From: Scyliorhinus canicula
Lineage: Eukaryota
Assembly: GCF_902713615.1 (NCBI RefSeq)
Contig: NC_052164.1
Span: 19,394,114 to 19,458,113, forward strand
Direction: 5' to 3'
DNA length: 64,000 nt
Part shown: piece after piece, positions 62,205 to 64,000 of the stretch
Layout: each line of letters opens with the position of its first letter
Numbering within the stretch: the stretch's first letter is position 1
Position numbers and translations under genes: made by a program
Notes under the pieces: model-generated
Told to the model about the DNA's origin: nothing
What the model saw: the letters and a program-made list of their open reading frames with translations, nothing else
The model's database searches: none

Positions 62205-64000
62205 CACAAAGAACAAGAACAAAGAAAAATTACAGCACAGGAACAGGCCCTTCAGCCCTCCAAGCCTGCGCCAATCCAGATCCTTTATCTAAAACTCGCT
62301 TATTTTCTAAGGACCTGTATCCCTCTGCTCCCTGCCCATTCATGCATCTGTCTAGATACATCTTAAATGATGCTATCGTACCCGCCTCTACCACTTCTGC
62401 CGGCAATGTGTTCCAGGCACCCACCACCTTCTGCCTAAAGAATTTTCCACGCATATCTTCCTTAAATGTTTCCCCTCACACCTTGAACTCGTGACCCCTA
62501 GTAATTGAGTCCCCCACTCTGGGGGAAAAAGCTTGTTGCTATCCACCCTGTCTATACCTCTCATGATTTTGTAGACCTCAATGTGGTCCCCCCCTCAACC
62601 TCCGTCTTTCTAATGAAAATAATCCTAATCTACTCAACCTCTCTTCATAACTAGCACCCTCCATACCAGGCAACATCCTGGTGAACCTCCTCTGCACTTT
62701 CTCCAAAGCATCCACATCCTTTTGGTAATGTGGCGACCAGAACTGTACGCAGTATTTCAAATGTGGCCAAACCAAAGTCTTATACAACTGTAACATGGCC
62801 TGCCAACTCTTGTACTCAATACCCCTTCTGATGAAGGAAAGCATGCCCTATGCCTTCTTGACCACTCTTTAGATCCGCCAATCTTAGTGTCATCTGCAAA
62901 CTTGCTAATCAGACCACCTGTACCTTCCTCCAAATCATTTATGTATATCACAAACAACAGTGGTCCGAGCACAGATCCCTGTGGAACACCACTAGTCACC
63001 CTTCTCCATTTTGAGACACTCCCTTCCACTACTACCCTCTGTCTCCTGTTGCCAGCCAGTTCTTTATCCATCTAGCTAGTACACCCTGGAGCCTATGAGA
63101 CTTCACTTTCTCCATCAGCCTACCATGGAGAACCTTATCAAATGCCTTACTGAAGTCCATGTATATGACATCTACAGCCCTTCCCTCATCAATCAATTTT
63201 GTCACTTCCTCAAAGAATTCTATTAAGTTGGTAAGACATGACCTTCCCTGCACAAAACCATGCTGCCTATCACTGATAAGCCCATTTTCTTCCAAATGGG
63301 AATAGATCCTATCCCTCAGTATCTTCTCCAGCAGCTTCTGACATCTGGCTCACCGGTCTATAATTACCTGGATTATCCCTGCTGCCCTTCTTGAACAAGG
63401 GGACAACATTAGCAATTCTCCAGTTCTCCGGTACCTCACCCGTGTTCAAGGATGCTGCAAAGATATCTGTTAAGGCCCCAGCTATTTCCTCTCTCACTTC
63501 CCTCAGTAACCTGGGATAGATCCCATCCAGACCTGGGGACTTGTCCACCTTAATGCCTTTTAGAATACCCAACACATCCTCCCTCCTTATGCTGACTTGA
63601 CCTAGAGTAATCAAACATTGGTCCCTAACCTCAACATCCGTCATGTCCCTCTCCTCGGTGAATACCGATGCAAAATACTCGTTAAGAATCTCACCCATTT
63701 TCTCTGACTCCACGCATAACTTTCCTCCTTTGTCCTTGAGTGGGCCAACCCTTTCTCTAGTTACCCTCTTGCTCCTTATATATGAATAAAAGGCTTTGGA
63801 ATTTTCCTTAACCCTGTTTGCTAAAGATATTTCATGACCCCTTCTAACCCTCTTGACTCCTCGTTTCAGATTGGTCCTACATTCCCGATATTCTAGTCTC
63901 ACAATTTCACCTGTCACCCATGATTCCCTAATCTTGCCATTTCTATCCCTTATTTTCACAGGGACATGTCTGTCCTGCACACTAATCAACCTCTCTTTAA
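62205..64000 (-). mobile_element. CR1 LINE (HER1-like) ORF2, frameshifted, runs off the window end
   Basis: [89 protein letters not shown]; 3' tail GAAGGGCCTGTTCCTGTGCTG followed by TTCTTTG/TTCTTG repeats. Confidence 0.93.

Overview
Eukaryotic, repeat-rich vertebrate DNA. The HE1/V-SINE, DeuSINE and CR1 content points to a cartilaginous fish, probably a shark (inference). Two host genes sit head-to-head: VAT1 (exon 1 on the minus strand, 4865-5188) and RND2 (exons 1-2 on the plus strand, 47738/47777-48482). The ~42.5 kb between them and the introns are filled with transposable elements: L1, CR1, Rex1/Babar-like LINEs, several SINE families, PIF/Harbinger MITEs and solo LTRs. The most interesting object is a 6.3 kb, internally deleted class I (gamma/epsilon-like) endogenous retrovirus at 30478-36756 (minus strand), with both LTRs, a CCAT target-site duplication, a tRNA-Ser primer-binding site and a polypurine tract. 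It carries two modules not found in textbook retroviruses: a putative 2H-phosphoesterase domain (LHCTA ... PHVSL) between gag and the start of RT, and an env whose N-terminus resembles a CD300/pIgR-type Ig V domain. Both could be captured host-immune-related modules. All homology calls come from motif recognition by eye, not database searches. Repeat boundaries without a target-site duplication (TSD) are approximate. There is an assembly gap at 42809-43123.
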